DNA of 63,811 bases, filler included, from Sluysia triapertura (Eukaryota): NCBI GenBank assembly GCA_046118255.1. It is 5 parts of 5 records of this genome, joined end to end, with 100 filler letters (N's around TTAATTAATTAA, not from the genome) between each part and the next. Parts side by side here need not be neighbours in the genome. Positions count along the whole stretch, not along the records: positions 39,231 to 52,952 come from JBJNIA010023177.1; positions 53,053 to 63,811 come from JBJNIA010193814.1; 3 more parts are not named here. One strand, given 5' to 3'. Below, piece after piece: positions 40,961 to 55,181 of this stretch. Position numbers and translations under genes: made by a program. The notes under the pieces are model-generated. The model was not told the origin of the DNA. It did no database searches and saw only the letters and a program-made list of their open reading frames with translations. Each line of letters opens with the position of its first letter. Position 1 is the stretch's first letter.

Positions 40961-43375
40961 ATCATTACGTGATGGAATTTCAGGTTCGTCGTGAGTACCG
41001 CCGTGTAATTGGTGATTTATTGAAATTATTGCCCCCAAGCTAAATCTTAGATGGGGACGTAATGGTTGCGCCTGGTACGTAAACAATGCCTTAGAATGTT
41101 TGGTTAATTTATGAAGTATATTGGTGAGATTGGAATTTTTAATTTTAAGGCGCAGGTTTAGATTACATATTATGCATTTTATTTTTATGGGTATAATTTG
41201 ATTTGTTTGGGTTTTCTTGTTGATATATGTGTTCACTATGCACATGCAGTTCGAATTCCATGGTGGAGTGAATTACTGTTCCTGGTAGAATTTCTTTTTG
41301 TCTCAGGATTGACCGGGGTGTTAATGCATTTTTAAGATAACTGTTATAATTTGGTTGATTATTTGAAAATGTAGGTCCTGTTTTATTAGATTTATTGATT
41401 TGGATAGTATGAAGTTGATTATTGTAGTCTATTTTTGACTGTTTGTTTAGAATAACTGGTTGTTTTCGATTTTCAACGTTCTTTATATTGATTGCTTTAT
41501 TCGGCAGTCGTTTTGACATATCTTTAGACATATTCAATTGTTTAGAATCGGAATTGATAATCCTTTGGTTTGAATTGGCCATAATGGCACGTTTAAAAAT
41601 TGGGGACCTTCTTTAAAAATTTTTGCGAAGGCTTTATTACTATTAGTTTTACACAAATTTTAGTTTACTCTCGTGGGTAGATTGTAATGGATTAGACCCT
41701 TTTGTTATATTATTTTCGCCTTGACGTACATTTGTAGAGCGGTTCAAATATGTGGGTGGTGTGGTAGCAAACCCGTAACCCAAAATTTTATTAGACTTAT
41801 GGACTGCGGTTGTCCAGATAAAAGGTGTTGTCTTTGACTGTTCGGAGTATTTGTGTATTAAAGGTTTTTGAATTTTATTTTCGTGAAAAGGTTTATTATG
41901 TGACGTTGTGTCATTTGTTAACTGCTTAGTGATATTATTGTATGTGTGAATATTTGTCGTTTTTACAAAGTTTTGTGGCAATTTGTTATTATAAGATAGG
42001 TTGATGAGGTGATTCTGTGTTTGGTATTTGTAAAGCGATTTATTATTTATTTTGGGTGGTAAAAATTGTATTGTGTTATCTTTTAATTGTTTAAGATTGT
42101 AATTATGTGAGTATGTATCATTGTTTTTATTTTTTGGAATATTTTGTGAAAGTTTAATGCCATTAGATGAATTGTTTTGTATTTTGTATCTGTAGGGTAG
42201 TTTGTTATTTGTTTTGAATGATACAGGTTGTAATACTTTATATTTGTGGTGTCACAAACACATACAACGATCTTGTTATACACAAACCTACAAGCGATTC
42301 ACAAACAAAACATTTTGATACTTTTCATACATTTTAAAACATTCACATACGGTCAATATATATTTGAAATCTCACAGTAAATTATACGCAAATTCCACCA
42401 ACAATTTCTATTACTAACACATCGTCATAAGCCAAATTCAGCTCACTGATTATTAATTTGCCATTTTTAACATAAATACAAAGCATAAAACTACGAACCA
42501 TAAAATTTTACAGCAAAATTAATGTAATCACCCTAAAATCATAATAACCAAATACGTTTTCTTTTTTGATTTAATATGATCTAATACTTTTTTTACGGTA
42601 TCGTTCCCATATCCACAACACCACTATGGGTCACATTGTTGCTGTATTACTGTGATTATCATTTTAATTTTTTTGTTGTACTATATATTTGTCATGCAGC
42701 ACGAAACATTGTAGTATTTCTGAAAGATCCACGGAACCTATGAAAATAAATGTTTTCAATATTTGGATATGACATAAAAACTAAAATAATATTTAAATAA
42801 AATAACCAAAACAAGATTTAAATATAAAGTTTAAAAGAAATTTCATAAATTTAATTTTGTTTTAATATTAAAATTTAAATGTAATTTGTAAAACTAAATT
42901 CGTATTCTTTAAAACTAAAAGTATTGTCAATTAGAGTCCACATAAAGCGCTTCAGAAGAAATATTTTTATGCTTACCAAAAGTTCACATGAACATTTAAG
43001 AAAAATATAAATGTTACAAAGTAGAGCCAAAAATAAGTCACACAAAAACGTCAATGCACGCGTTGTAGACTTTTAACAAGTAAATAATTTAGATAATGTA
43101 AATGAAGTTACTTTTAATTTAAATATTCAAAAAAACGGGACTTTGTGCGATGATGATTTTCCAAATAAATTGCCTTTAAGTTATGCTACACTAAAGGCGA
43201 AACTGAAGGAATGGAAGGCGGCTAAACTAGTTCAAAAAATCAAAATTCTCACTACAGTTTTACTCGAGCATGTATTGCTAATCTTTTTGTTCATGTTTAA
43301 GTCAAAATGCCGTGGATTTACAAGAATTTTACTTTGCTTACGGAAATGCAATCACTTCTTGCGATCAAGGTTTTA

Positions 43376-44680
43376 TGTAGTGGTGAACCTCAACACTTAC
43401 TAAAATTTTATTAAAAACCAATATCCCTTTTTATTTTTCCTTTTTCTTATTACTCCAACAATCACACATCCATCTATTACATATTTTTTTAAAACCAATA
43501 TATATCCTCAATCTTACAACATCCAAATCACGAATACACCTAACATTATTAAATTACATTAACTATTTCACCAGAAACAATACTCGACGTTTACAATAAT
43601 TCAACAATAAACACATCTAATACTTTCGAACCTTCATTTTAAATGCCCAATATTTAATAATATTTATTCAATAGTTTATTGGCTTAAATCAAATCACAAT
43701 CATAACTTACAAGATATAAACCACAAGTACATTTAATACTATTTCACAACATCAATAAATATGCCCGAAAGATAAAGTACCTACTTCACACCTTCGTATC
43801 AAGTACAACATTATTCATCTATGCATAATCATCATTAACACAGAACAACAACACTAAAAGCATCAAACAAAATAATCACATAAAACATAGCATAATAACA
43901 TCTTAAAATCCCCTTTTAAATTCAATAAATTACAACCTTCTCAATAAGCCTTTTATCCACAATATTTCAATGCATAAATCCTGTTTTCAAGTATAAACCT
44001 CAATTAAATTCCAAGAACTTATATTAACATTCTTCATTTCATTTCAAGACTCAAATCATTATTATATCTCCAAAAAGGTTAATTATACTTAACAATTCTT
44101 TCAAAATAATTCTTACTCAGAAACTTAGTCTCAAATACGTTTTAATTTATTTCAACATATTAAAATCCTTCAAGAAGATTAGCAAAATCCAATACAGTTT
44201 TAGAGAATTCAATTTTATACAGTGAAATAACAACGATAACTCGAGCATAGCGCATCCTGTTATCGTTGCTATTTCATCCAAAGTCAGCAATTTTTATTTC
44301 ATTTTCTTTCATATGTAAGAAGTAAAAGATTAAAGAAAGAAAAGATCATGTATCGTTTTGTAAGGAAGATTTATGCGTTGTTTTATAATTCTTATTTCAG
44401 TAATAATAATAATGACAATATTATTATTGTTATTGCTATTATTATTAATGTTATTATTATTGTTATCAACTACTAAAATGATTAAAACTTTTAGTATTAA
44501 TAGTTGCTGCCATCACCACTATTGACAAAGCTCGTCAAAATTTTCATTATTTTGTCAATACTCATGATGGTCAGTTGTTGACAATAGGCCTTGTATGCCT
44601 GAATATCAGTCGTATTGTTGTCAGGTATAATCTTATGAATTTCACATTACAGTTTCTGATTGGATGACCAATAAAAGTAC
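43376..44680 (+). mobile_element. Family A repeat (putative LTR), copy 4
   Basis: Starts TGTAGTGGTGAACC; basic end block ~44310-44390; AAT/ATT tract; hairpin 44507-44574; TGATTGGATGACCAAT at ~44657-44672. Confidence 0.6.
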
Positions 44681-44802
44681 CTCACCTAAAAAATAAAAAT
44701 TAAAAACGAATTAGAAATAAAAAAATTAAACATGGATTTTAAAATTAAACATTTCAATCTTTTCTGTAATTTCTCAAATATACCTCCGAAAATTGATACA
44801 GA

Positions 44803-46030
44803 ATGAATTATATTAAATCAAGAGCTCATCCTATAACTAGTTTACAAAAAAATGATTTTGTAGATTCTATTACTCTCGATAAATCTGATCCAAAATTATC
44901 TAACATTCGAAATAATGAAGAATTAACTTTACTAACAGATTTGACTCCGAGGTATTGCTTATTTTGTCGTGGATCCGGAAACATTGAAACGTTATCAACA
45001 AGTATTGTAAGTAACGGTGATAGTAGTGACTATTCTGATTATCATCTTATAAGTGCATTTTGGAAACATGACCCATTTTCAGATAAAGTAACAGTATGGT
45101 TAAACGAGAACCAAGAATTTACACGAATTGTACAAAATGCAAGTCGCAGTCGGGTTGAAAGTTGGAAGTCGTATCATAATAAAATACCAAATTCAAGTTT
45201 TAGAATGATATTACCATTAGATACACAACTTAAGCAAGGTGGAAGTTCAATTATTAACATTTTTACGACTAGTACTATTGGTAGATTATGCTCAGAAAGA
45301 CAATCAGCTAGATTTTGATCAAATACACCAGTCTGTAAAACAAGTAGTCAAGAATTCAATATCCTAGTGTTTAAACACATGATTTCGACGAATAGTGATG
45401 GTTTCGTTACAATTTTATTATCATAAGCTTCGGATTTAAATAATTCTTCAACAACAAGACGTACTAAAAGACGTCGAAGTATATATAAAAATAATTTAGA
45501 TGAACATGAATTTATGCAATATTTAAGAAAAGATTTATGTGATGATTTGGATGTCACAACACTTGGCTTCAAAATTCTTCAAAATGTTTGTTAGTCTACT
45601 ACTAGAAGCAGATCGCTGTTCATTATTCTTGATAGAAGATCGGGTAACTCATCAATCTATGTTTGTTAGTAAACCGTTTGATGCAACCACATATAGTATT
45701 TTGGAAGGGTTTGTAGAGCATTGTCATGACAATACTACTCGAATTCCACTTAGTCAAAGTATAATGGGTATGTGGCTAAACCATTTAAACATGTAAATAT
45801 TGAAGATGTATGTAAAGACAAACGATCAAATCTAGTAATTGATAAATTGACCAGTAATGTTACAAAGTGTGTCCTATGCATGACTCTAAAAGATAATACT
45901 GTTATCGTAAGCGGAATAGCACAAGCAGCTAATAAAGTCGACCAACATCAACATTCAATTAGTCAAAGAGATGTTAAAGTTTTTCGAAGTTATCTAAACT
46001 TTAGTACAATTAGTATTAAAAAAAGGCACA
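44803..46030 (+). pseudogene. Intronless fragment of a GAF-domain cyclic nucleotide phosphodiesterase (PDE5/6/11 group): N-terminus and GAF-A only
   Basis: VTVWLNENQEF; LDEHEFMQYLRKDLCDDLDVTTLGFKILQNV/SLLLEADRCSLFL..SKPFD..VNIEDVCKDKR..IDKLT..VLCMTLKD..GIAQAANK..DVKVFRSYLNF; stops and frameshifts. Confidence 0.85.
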
Positions 46031-47219
46031 AGTTTATCGTCAATTTCGATTACAGACTCGATGAAATCAATACAAAACAACAATCAAACAAAACGAAATT
46101 ACAGACTCAGTTACTGTTGAAGATAGAGATGGAGATATTTATTACAAGAAAATAATTTTAATCATGCATCCAGGAACATGGTTCATTACATGCGGTGAGA
46201 CGCGGTAATGAAATTTATCCATCCAAATACAAAAACTTAGAAATTGATTGTCTAACATGTAGTATAAATCATAAGTTAATAAATCTTTTCTTTTATATGA
46301 TTTTCAATTGTTTATTTGAATATGAATACAAAAGTAAAATTAAAGTAAAAATAAATGTGTTTAAATTAAGGATAGTAGGAAAGAGTTATGAATTAACATA
46401 TAAACGATATACCAATAACAATTTTATTGAACATAATTTCGTTAGTATACTTTGCTATCACATCTCAACAAGTCTTAAATGTGTATTGAATAAATTTGCA
46501 AATGTTAATATAATTCAACCGTTTAGTCATAAAGTTATGATCATAGAGTTGTATACGGCCATCAAATTTATAATAACAAATTTAAAGAAAACCCAAACAC
46601 TTAACACCCCAAATTGATGTCCAGAATCTAAACTAAATGCCCCAAACATTGATGCATTTTCGTTTGACTTGTAATTAACACATAAATCGAGGTTGATTTT
46701 TAAATTAGTTTAAAGTTGTGACACTGCATGCTCTTGGGGAATTAAATTTGTAAAATATCCAACTAAAAATTGTTAATTTAAAATATTTTCTTCAGCATAA
46801 AAGTAATAAGTCTCACTAATATAATAAAAAAATTTTTCATTTTATAAGAAACTGCGCCACAAAACATAACATAACATAAGTAACACTTTTATCGCATCTA
46901 TCAAAAGCTCCTAGTGTCAGGCAGGTTAATTTCGGCCAACAAAACACAAAACTAAAAAATTTACTAAATTTAAAGCAACTTCTCATGCCCGAAATGTTCG
47001 GGTTTTAAAACATCGATTTTGAATGAAATATTCATTCTTCATAAATTTTTCAACATATATAAAATATAAAATATTTAAAAATAGAATTAATAAACACATT
47101 TACATCATATTTTAATTCTTGTTTAAATAAAATCTAGAGTGTTTCTTTTGAAAATTCTGCGGTACAACTTCTTTGCGTGATCAGGACATACAAGAATTAG
47201 CACAAAATCATTAAAAATT

Positions 47220-47780
47220 GAAATAATAATAATTATTATTATTATTTATCGTTATTATACTTATAACATTTATTATTTAAAATTAAAATCTGCATTTATT
47301 ACATATATAAATACTTTACATATTTAAGCTTTAAATTCTTAAATTTCTCTATTTCTTGATCTTGCTTAGGTTAATTTGACATTATAGTTACCATCATTCG
47401 GTTTTCTTTTTCTAGTCCAACATTTGTTTGTTGTGAATCTTTAATTTCCTAGCTTCAGTTCTTTTGAAGGTTCTATTCTATCGTCATTTTCTTTATTCGA
47501 TTACAAACGCAAATAACATAATTACATTGCGATCTTTCCTTTGGTATATGTTTCTATTATTTAGGTTCGAGAGTCTACTTGTGAATACAAATTAACAAGG
47601 ACATAAAAAGAAAAATGTTACGAAATTTTCATCATAATTTTATTTATGTTAAGTTTTTGTTGGGATTATAATAAAATGTTTAGGTTAAAAATTTGTGTTT
47701 AGCGTTTAAAGTTTATTTTGTAGATTTTTGTTGTGAATTGGTTGTCAGTAAAGCTTGAAGTATAAGGTTGAACCACCATA
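47220..47780 (-). mobile_element. Family A repeat, short copy 5
   Basis: Starts TATGGTGGTTCAACC at 47780; ends in AAT tract. Confidence 0.45.
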
Positions 47781-47967
47781 AAAAGTTGGATCATTACAAG
47801 TTTTATTTAATTATGCTTGATACGTGTTCATATCCTTGTTTAAGTTGAATTTTGTACATATGAAGTTGTTTATATATCTTATTTTTTTACATTTTGAAGT
47901 GAATCTTCTTGATTATAAAGAATATGGATTATGCACGACCTTCTAATATAAATATCATATGCTTTAG

Positions 47968-48374
47968 ACAACAAGTTCGTGAAGGTTTGCGACAATTAGT
48001 TAATAGTCGAACGGCTGCATTAGGACATAATACACCAAATTCATTAGCAGTTACTCGATCTCTTCCTAATACGAATGCAAAGCAATCCAAGACGTCTAAT
48101 TACAGTAATTTGATGATATGTTCGAATAGTGGATTAACTGCAACCTCTGAAATAAATAAAATATCAACTAACTCTACTTCAACAATGTCTCCGAATGGAA
48201 CTTGTGGAAATCGAACAAAGCAACTGCCTCAAATACCTCAAGGTCAGCAACGTGTAAACAATCAACAAACCAAAACTCCAGTAAAATCGGCATGTTCTGC
48301 CTCTTCAACATCTGTAAATTCTGCCTCTGTGTCAAATCTTTTGGAAGATTCTCTTGTAAATGATGTGTTTGGAT
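47968..48374 (+). CDS. Internal exon of an unidentified host protein (Ser/Thr/Asn-rich)
   Basis: Acceptor ctttAG at 47966-67, open frame, donor GTtagt at 48375 (phase 1). Confidence 0.7.
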
Positions 48375-49121
48375 GTTAGTTTATTGTTTTAATATTATTG
48401 TATTAAATATTTGATAAAATTAACTGGAAACTAATTCACAAACTTATAACATGAAATCAAATATTTATTTTATTCTCTAAAAAACAAACAAAAATTTATT
48501 TATCTTTAATTAAATTTGGTTTATTTTTAATCCAAGCATTCTCGAATTAATTAATTAATTAGTAGTATTCATATTGTTTGATAATAATAATAATGTAATA
48601 TATAATAGGCAATATTATCTAACTCTTAACACTAGAAGGCTCATGTGCTTGCAATTGGCTGATACTTTCTCAGAAGTGTGTCATTACTCAAATATGTCAT
48701 TTATGTCAATTGACGCACTTGGTCCTTCTAGTGTTAAATTCAAGATTTTCGCTGTTTTTTCTTAATTATGTTCCAGAAATTTGGCTCTTTACAAAGTCTG
48801 ACATAGTAAAATAGCTAGTAATTAATGTTTAAAGAAAATCCTAATTAATCGAAATTTGTAAAATTATTATAAGATTCAATGATAATTAACCTTCATTTAA
48901 ATGGTTATTTCGAAACCAATGTGTAGATCACTTTAAAATATTAGTTCGACTTTTTTCTAGTATAGGAAAGTAATGTTCGAATGAAAAAATGTTTTTTTTG
49001 GGAAATTGTGTTTATGATTAAAGTATTTAAATTTTGAGTTCACCATAACTATATTTTCTTCTTAATATACGATCAATAATTATGTTACAAGGTTTTTATT
49101 CTAATTGATGTAAATAAAATA

Positions 49122-49153
<32 letters not shown>

Positions 49154-49678
49154 TATTTTAAAGTTGAATTAATATGTTTTAATGTAGAAACGCATCAGCA
49201 CTTTAATCTATCTCGCATGACAATATTTACATTATAGTTAAATACAATACACTACTGTTAAATTTTAAAATCCAAACAAAGTGAATAACAATTGTTTTAA
49301 GCATGTCAAAACTAAGTAGTCTAATTTTGATGAAATGTTCGAAAATTGCATTAATTTATATTTATGATTAATATATAAAAACTTTTGACACATTTCATGA
49401 CAAATTTAATGAATCATTAATTGATTGTACTTTGATCTGAGATTATTATCACTTTTGATTTATTATTTTTGTAAAGAATATATTTTTTATTATATATTTA
49501 CTTAATCATTTAATCATTTACTTATATTTAGAAACTAAAATTAATCCTAAACAACGAAAAATTTATTTATCTTTAAATTTTAATTAAATATGGTTTATTT
49601 TTAATACAGACATTTTCGTAATTAATTAATTAATAGTTAGTATTTGTATTGTTTAATAATAATATTATTATTATTCAG

Positions 49679-50121
49679 TGGAAGAACTAGTCAATAAACA
49701 AAATCATCAATATCCTTATGATTTCAAGATCTCCCCCGAATTAGAATCAAAATTACGTAAAAAAAGTAATATTAAAGTATCTCCATTGTCAGATAAAGAT
49801 TTACCATCATCATCATCATCATCATCGTCAGTCTCAAAGCAACCACATCATCATCACATGCACCAACATCATCATCATCATCATTTACAAAATCAAGACC
49901 CTGATCCTCCTCCATACCCACATCATCACCACCATCATCATCATATACATTATATACATCAGTATAATCCTTCAACTCTATCCCCGAAAATGTCCGAATC
50001 TGACAAAGTAACAAATAAAACCTGTAGTAGTGCCCCGTTAAGTAGAAACAACTCGAAATCAGATAATCAAGACACCTCTGAGAAATCTTCTCTTAATTTA
50101 CTAGAAAATTTACTTTCCTAG
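49679..50121 (+). CDS. Terminal exon of the same gene (poly-Ser/poly-His)
   Basis: Acceptor ttcAG at 49677-78; T+TG restores frame (..DVFG-L-EELVNK..); stop TAG at 50119-50121. Confidence 0.7.
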
Positions 50122-50243
50122 CTAGTATGTTTATGTAATATTTTTCAAATAATTATCAGTAAATTATCAGTAATTTACCTTTATTATTATAGCTTTATCA
50201 TTAAACTTTTTGTGCACAATAAAGATTAAAGATAATAGTAGTA

Positions 50244-50244
<1 letters not shown>

Positions 50245-50310
<66 letters not shown>
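50245..50310. repeat. (AAT)n microsatellite
   Basis: About 21 perfect units. Confidence 0.95.
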
Positions 50311-50312
<2 letters not shown>

Positions 50313-52670
50313 TAGTAAACTCAAATTTCATCAAATCTATAATCTATTAAATCTAATTAAACCCATCTTCATCGCTGAATTAGATTCTAAATTTATTTTG
50401 TAAAAATATTAGAGTTCAATTTGATGGTTTATATTGCCAAAAAATTTGAAATATTAAATTGATGTTATGTTCTCCAGCTAAACTGGCAATGGTAATGGCA
50501 ACTGTCAAATGTATACAATCCCTTAAGACTAATCAACAGAGTAAGTGTTCAATATTGAATTACTTTTTTATAATTATTCGTAGTTTTCCCTCCCTTTATA
50601 TATATATATATATGCAGATGCATTCAGAAATAATTTGAATTTAGATTGAGTCATGTGTTGATAAAAATGGAACAATTAAACAAATGAAGCATTGAATTAT
50701 GACATTTCTTAATTATAAATTAGTATAGTTTAATAGTGAATTAACATATTGAAATTTTCCTCTTGTTTGGTTTTATTTTTATATTATTTTTATATTATTT
50801 ACAGTTAAAATTAATTACAAATTTATTATGTTTTAAGCCCCAAAATTTAACTTAGTTTTACTTTTAAAATTTAATCAGAATTTTTTTCCTGTTTATGTAG
50901 TAATTTTTTACCAAGCATAGCTTAGCTTTTTAGTGCTTGTATTTATTTTTATTTAACTAATTTTTGGTTTGTTTTGATTAGAAATATTTTGTATTTTACT
51001 TTCTATATTAGAAAGTAAATATTATTTTACGTTAGTTTATTTACTCTTAATGTACTATCTTTAAATTAAATACTTTAAACATTGTTGTAATTCGTTACGT
51101 GATACGATTCAGATAATTTCTTTGAAATTAGAAAAGAAATAAGCTCGCTTATATTTCTAAAATTATTCCTTCGTCTTATCAAATTGCCAATATTCTAAAA
51201 ATGATAAGTTTGACTAATTAATTTTATATAACTCATAACTTTATATCTTTCAATGAAACATTTCAATTTAATATAACATTTTCTAACATATTTCTTCAGA
51301 TAACCATTAACTTAAGTTTTGATATGATTTTCTCTCATTTTAACAACTTCTAACATAAGTAAATCACTCTCAAAACGCAGTACGTCAACTCTACATTTTT
51401 TGATTAAATAAATATCAGAATCATTTCTTCTGCTAGTGTTTTTTAACTTAACTACTAACAAATTAAATTTTACTTATTAAGTTCGCCAACAATTAACGAT
51501 TTAACAAGGGTCTGTAAACTTCATTTCTAATTGAAATTATTATTATGTCTCTATTGGTTCCCTTGATTGGGTTGACAACTTATTGAGAGAGTTTGTAATC
51601 CTTATCCTTTTCAAACTATCAGCGAGTTAGTTTTATCTTTTACAATTCTTCACTTAAGTTTATATTCCTAGGTTAATTTTAAATGATCTTGTTCTATTCT
51701 TATTTTTTAAGTACTGTAAATACTTCAGTTCCTATTATGGAAAACTTAAGCTTCTTAGTACATCAATTACAACAACTCGATATATTATCAAATGTTAATG
51801 AACAGATTATATTAAGCCTTTAAAAAAATTTATATTCTTTGTTTTATTTTTAATTATGGGGATTCTCAATATGATAATTATATTTTTCTTTCTCTTAATT
51901 CAATCGATACTTCTCTTTCCTTATACTAAAATTTTAAATTGCTTTATTAATACTCTATGAGGTTATTTATCTTTTCTTTCTTATTCTGATCTCACTAATT
52001 TCAAGACAATGTTTAGCCACAAAGATATATTTATTATTCAAAGAACCAAAAAAAGGACTAAATGATATTATATATATATATATATATATTAGAACGATAG
52101 TTTCAGTAATTTTAACAATTAAATTATTTTTTAAAAAATTAGAAATGTTATTATTCACTATTTTGAGTCGAACTTTTATGTCTTAGACAAAAAAACGTAC
52201 AAAATCTTTTTATTTTACAAGTGGATTGATATCTAGTTTAAGACACTATCCACCCCCCCCCACTCTGAGAATTATCTCCAATTTAACTGAACCAAATTTG
52301 AAATCAAGTACTAAATTATCGTACCGAATTATCGAATTACAAATAATGTACCAAATTGTCGAATTACAAATTGCGTGTCAAATTATCGAAAACTCGAACA
52401 AATTATTAAACTAGTTAAATCGTAAACCAATTATTGTGTGTGTGCTCTTCTTATATCAACTCAAAATTCAGACGTTGTTAGATTTATTTTCTTAATTATA
52501 ACTTTTAGATTTTATTTATTCAATAATTCAGATCTGGAGTTAATGGTAATTTAACATTTTTAATTTAGGACAATTTTTATTTGATCAAGTAATTTCTTTA
52601 CTTATTTAGTTAAATGTTTTTTATTTCCATAAAACGGTTTGTTAGTTTTATTATTATTTAATTATTATTA

Positions 52671-52705
<35 letters not shown>

Positions 52706-52877
52706 CATTAATTGCAGATCTGGATGCTGAATTCTTAAACTTCACAAGAAATTTTGACATTTAGGTACATAAACTAAATTAAATCAGTTGACATGTCGTG
52801 TACATGAGATGTAATGATCAAGTCAACTTTTAATGATGCAAGAAAAGTACGTGAGAATAAAACTTAAAATAAAAGTA

Positions 52878-52931
52878 GTGAGTTCACCAACGTATTGGAC
52901 TTACTAACTGAATGGCCAACCGTTGGATTTT
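52878..52931 (-). other. Conserved hairpin plus PBS-like motif, copy 2
   Basis: CCAACG-TA-TTGGAC...GGCCAA-C-CGTTGG next to gtgagttcacca. Confidence 0.65.
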
Positions 52932-52952
52932 CTTAACGTAAAAAGTAAAATG

Positions 52953-53052
52953 NNNNNNNNNNNNNNNNNNNNNNNNNNNNNNNNNNNNNNNNNNNNTTAA
53001 TTAATTAANNNNNNNNNNNNNNNNNNNNNNNNNNNNNNNNNNNNNNNNNNNN
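52953..53052. other. Assembly linker, contig junction 4
   Basis: Same N/TTAATTAATTAA/N layout. Confidence 0.98.
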
Positions 53053-55181
53053 AAAAACAAAATTATTATTGTTTAAAAAAATATTATTATTATTATGTAA
53101 AAAACTTACATCATTGTTTGTCATTTGTTTACAATAATACATAGTAACGAGAAATACTATAAAAACAATGAGATTTCGTTTAAGACTTCACAACTATAAC
53201 AACGACAATAGAATAAAGTTTATATTTTGATTGAAGAATACTTGGTTTTAAATTTACTAGCTGCATCAATTTTTCCAGAAGTCATACTTTGTCTTAAAAT
53301 TATTAACCGTATCAATTTTTCAAGAAGTTATTTTGACACAGATAGATATTTTGATTCGATATACTGAATTTTACTAGAAGTTATTGATTTGAGTTTCGTT
53401 GGAATCAAATAAATATTTTGAAGTTTTAAACTAATCGTTAGTTTTTATTTTGTTAAGTTGACTTAAATAAATAATATAAACTATACTTAAAATCAAATTA
53501 AAATTCCGTAAAGTTTATCTACCATATAAATTGAGTTTGTAAAATTTGATAACAAAATCTTAATTATAAATTAATATTATTAAATATTTATCCTGATTAC
53601 AATAGTATAAATATTGAACGACTACTTAATTTCTGTGTAATATTTTGTGTGATTATAATAAATATTTAACAAATATAACATTGAGATTTTTGTATTAAAT
53701 TTAATATTTTGTGTAACAAGTAATATATAATTTTTGTGTATTTGATTTAACGTTTTATATGCACTAACACTTTTATACACTTGATTATTAAGTTTGACAT
53801 TTTTTGTATAAACCAATACTAAAATATTTTTGTGTATTCGATTTGACATTTTTTGTTTTTAGTAAATAATTATATTACACTTATTCTTCTTATTATTGCA
53901 ATAAAACAAGTTAGGAAACTACGAATATTATAAGGATTTAAGTAAAACGTAGAACCGACAATATATACCTCCAATTCTACATTCTTTTGTTGACGCTGCA
54001 AATTTATGTGCTGGCTCTTTGGTGAGTAAGTTCAGTATCATAGAGAACTCACATAAAACATATAAAAAGCAAAAAAACAAAAAAAATTAAAATTTCACAC
54101 ATATATATGTGCTCACTGTCATACGTAGAATTTTAACTTTACAGTAAAGAAAATTAATTAAAATTGATGAATTTTACGTTATCTATGATGACGTGCTCAC
54201 AACATTGTTAAATTTCTGAATTATATTGTATTGTGTGATAGCCGTTCCTATGTAAATATCATACGGAAATTTATTGAAAAAAAATGACTTTCAAATAATT
54301 GTAATTAAATTAATTAATAACTTCAGAAAATATTGATCCATTTGCCTTCAAGTTGCAATAACTTACAATCAACATCATCTTTTATATATTCAAATTTTGA
54401 AAACTTTAGTTTCTCTGAAGTCGAGAGACTTTTATTACTCTCGAAAAAAATAATTTGACTGATTATTGCCCAATTAATGCAGAGAAAATAGATTAATAGG
54501 TAAGAGAATTAAAAATATATAAGAAAAAGTGGTTTAAAATAACTGAAATATCATAATATAAATATAATTAAATATTTCTAGAGCAAGAATAATGAACAGT
54601 AAAATGTTTATAATCATTTTGAAACCGAAAAACGCCAAAGGAATTCCAAAGACTTTTGTAGAGTATTGAGACCCTTATAGACTTTTGAAACCTTTGAGTA
54701 ACATTGTAAAATATTTAGAACATTTGAAATGTTCAAGAATTAAAATTATGATTCATAATATTAAAGTTAAATTTGATAAATTAAAAATTAAAATAAAAAA
54801 GTAAAATAGTAATCAAAGTAGCGAAAGTGAAAACATCTAGAGCTTCCTGAGTACCTTATAAAGTATGTAAGAAATTTATAACCATAATAAAACCTTTAAA
54901 CTCGGAATAAAATAATTAATTAATTAAAATAGCTTTATTATGAAAAATTAAGTTTGTGTGAATAATTTTTGAATGAGGAATGCTATGTTAAAATTGTAAT
55001 TGTGCATGTATGTAGGATAAGCTAGGAAAGTCGGATTTTAATTAGTTTTAATTAATTAATGCTGAAATTTTCATATTTAGAATTATGAAAAGATGATGAT
55101 AAGGTATGGAGTGATTGTTATGAAATAGGAGAATCTGAAAATGAGGTTGAAATGTTTGTGAAATTGTTTGTTGGGAATGAG

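Noticed and set aside
44803-46155. Functional PDE gene
   Set aside because: Several stops and frameshifts, no GAF-B or catalytic domain, and a second decayed copy exists
49772-50014. Poly-Asp/poly-Met ORF on - strand
   Set aside because: Antisense shadow of the CAT-repeat-containing exon
52878-52931. Self-cleaving ribozyme (hammerhead, twister or HDV-like)
   Set aside because: No CUGANGA/GAAA core or recognisable twister/HDV pseudoknot found by eye
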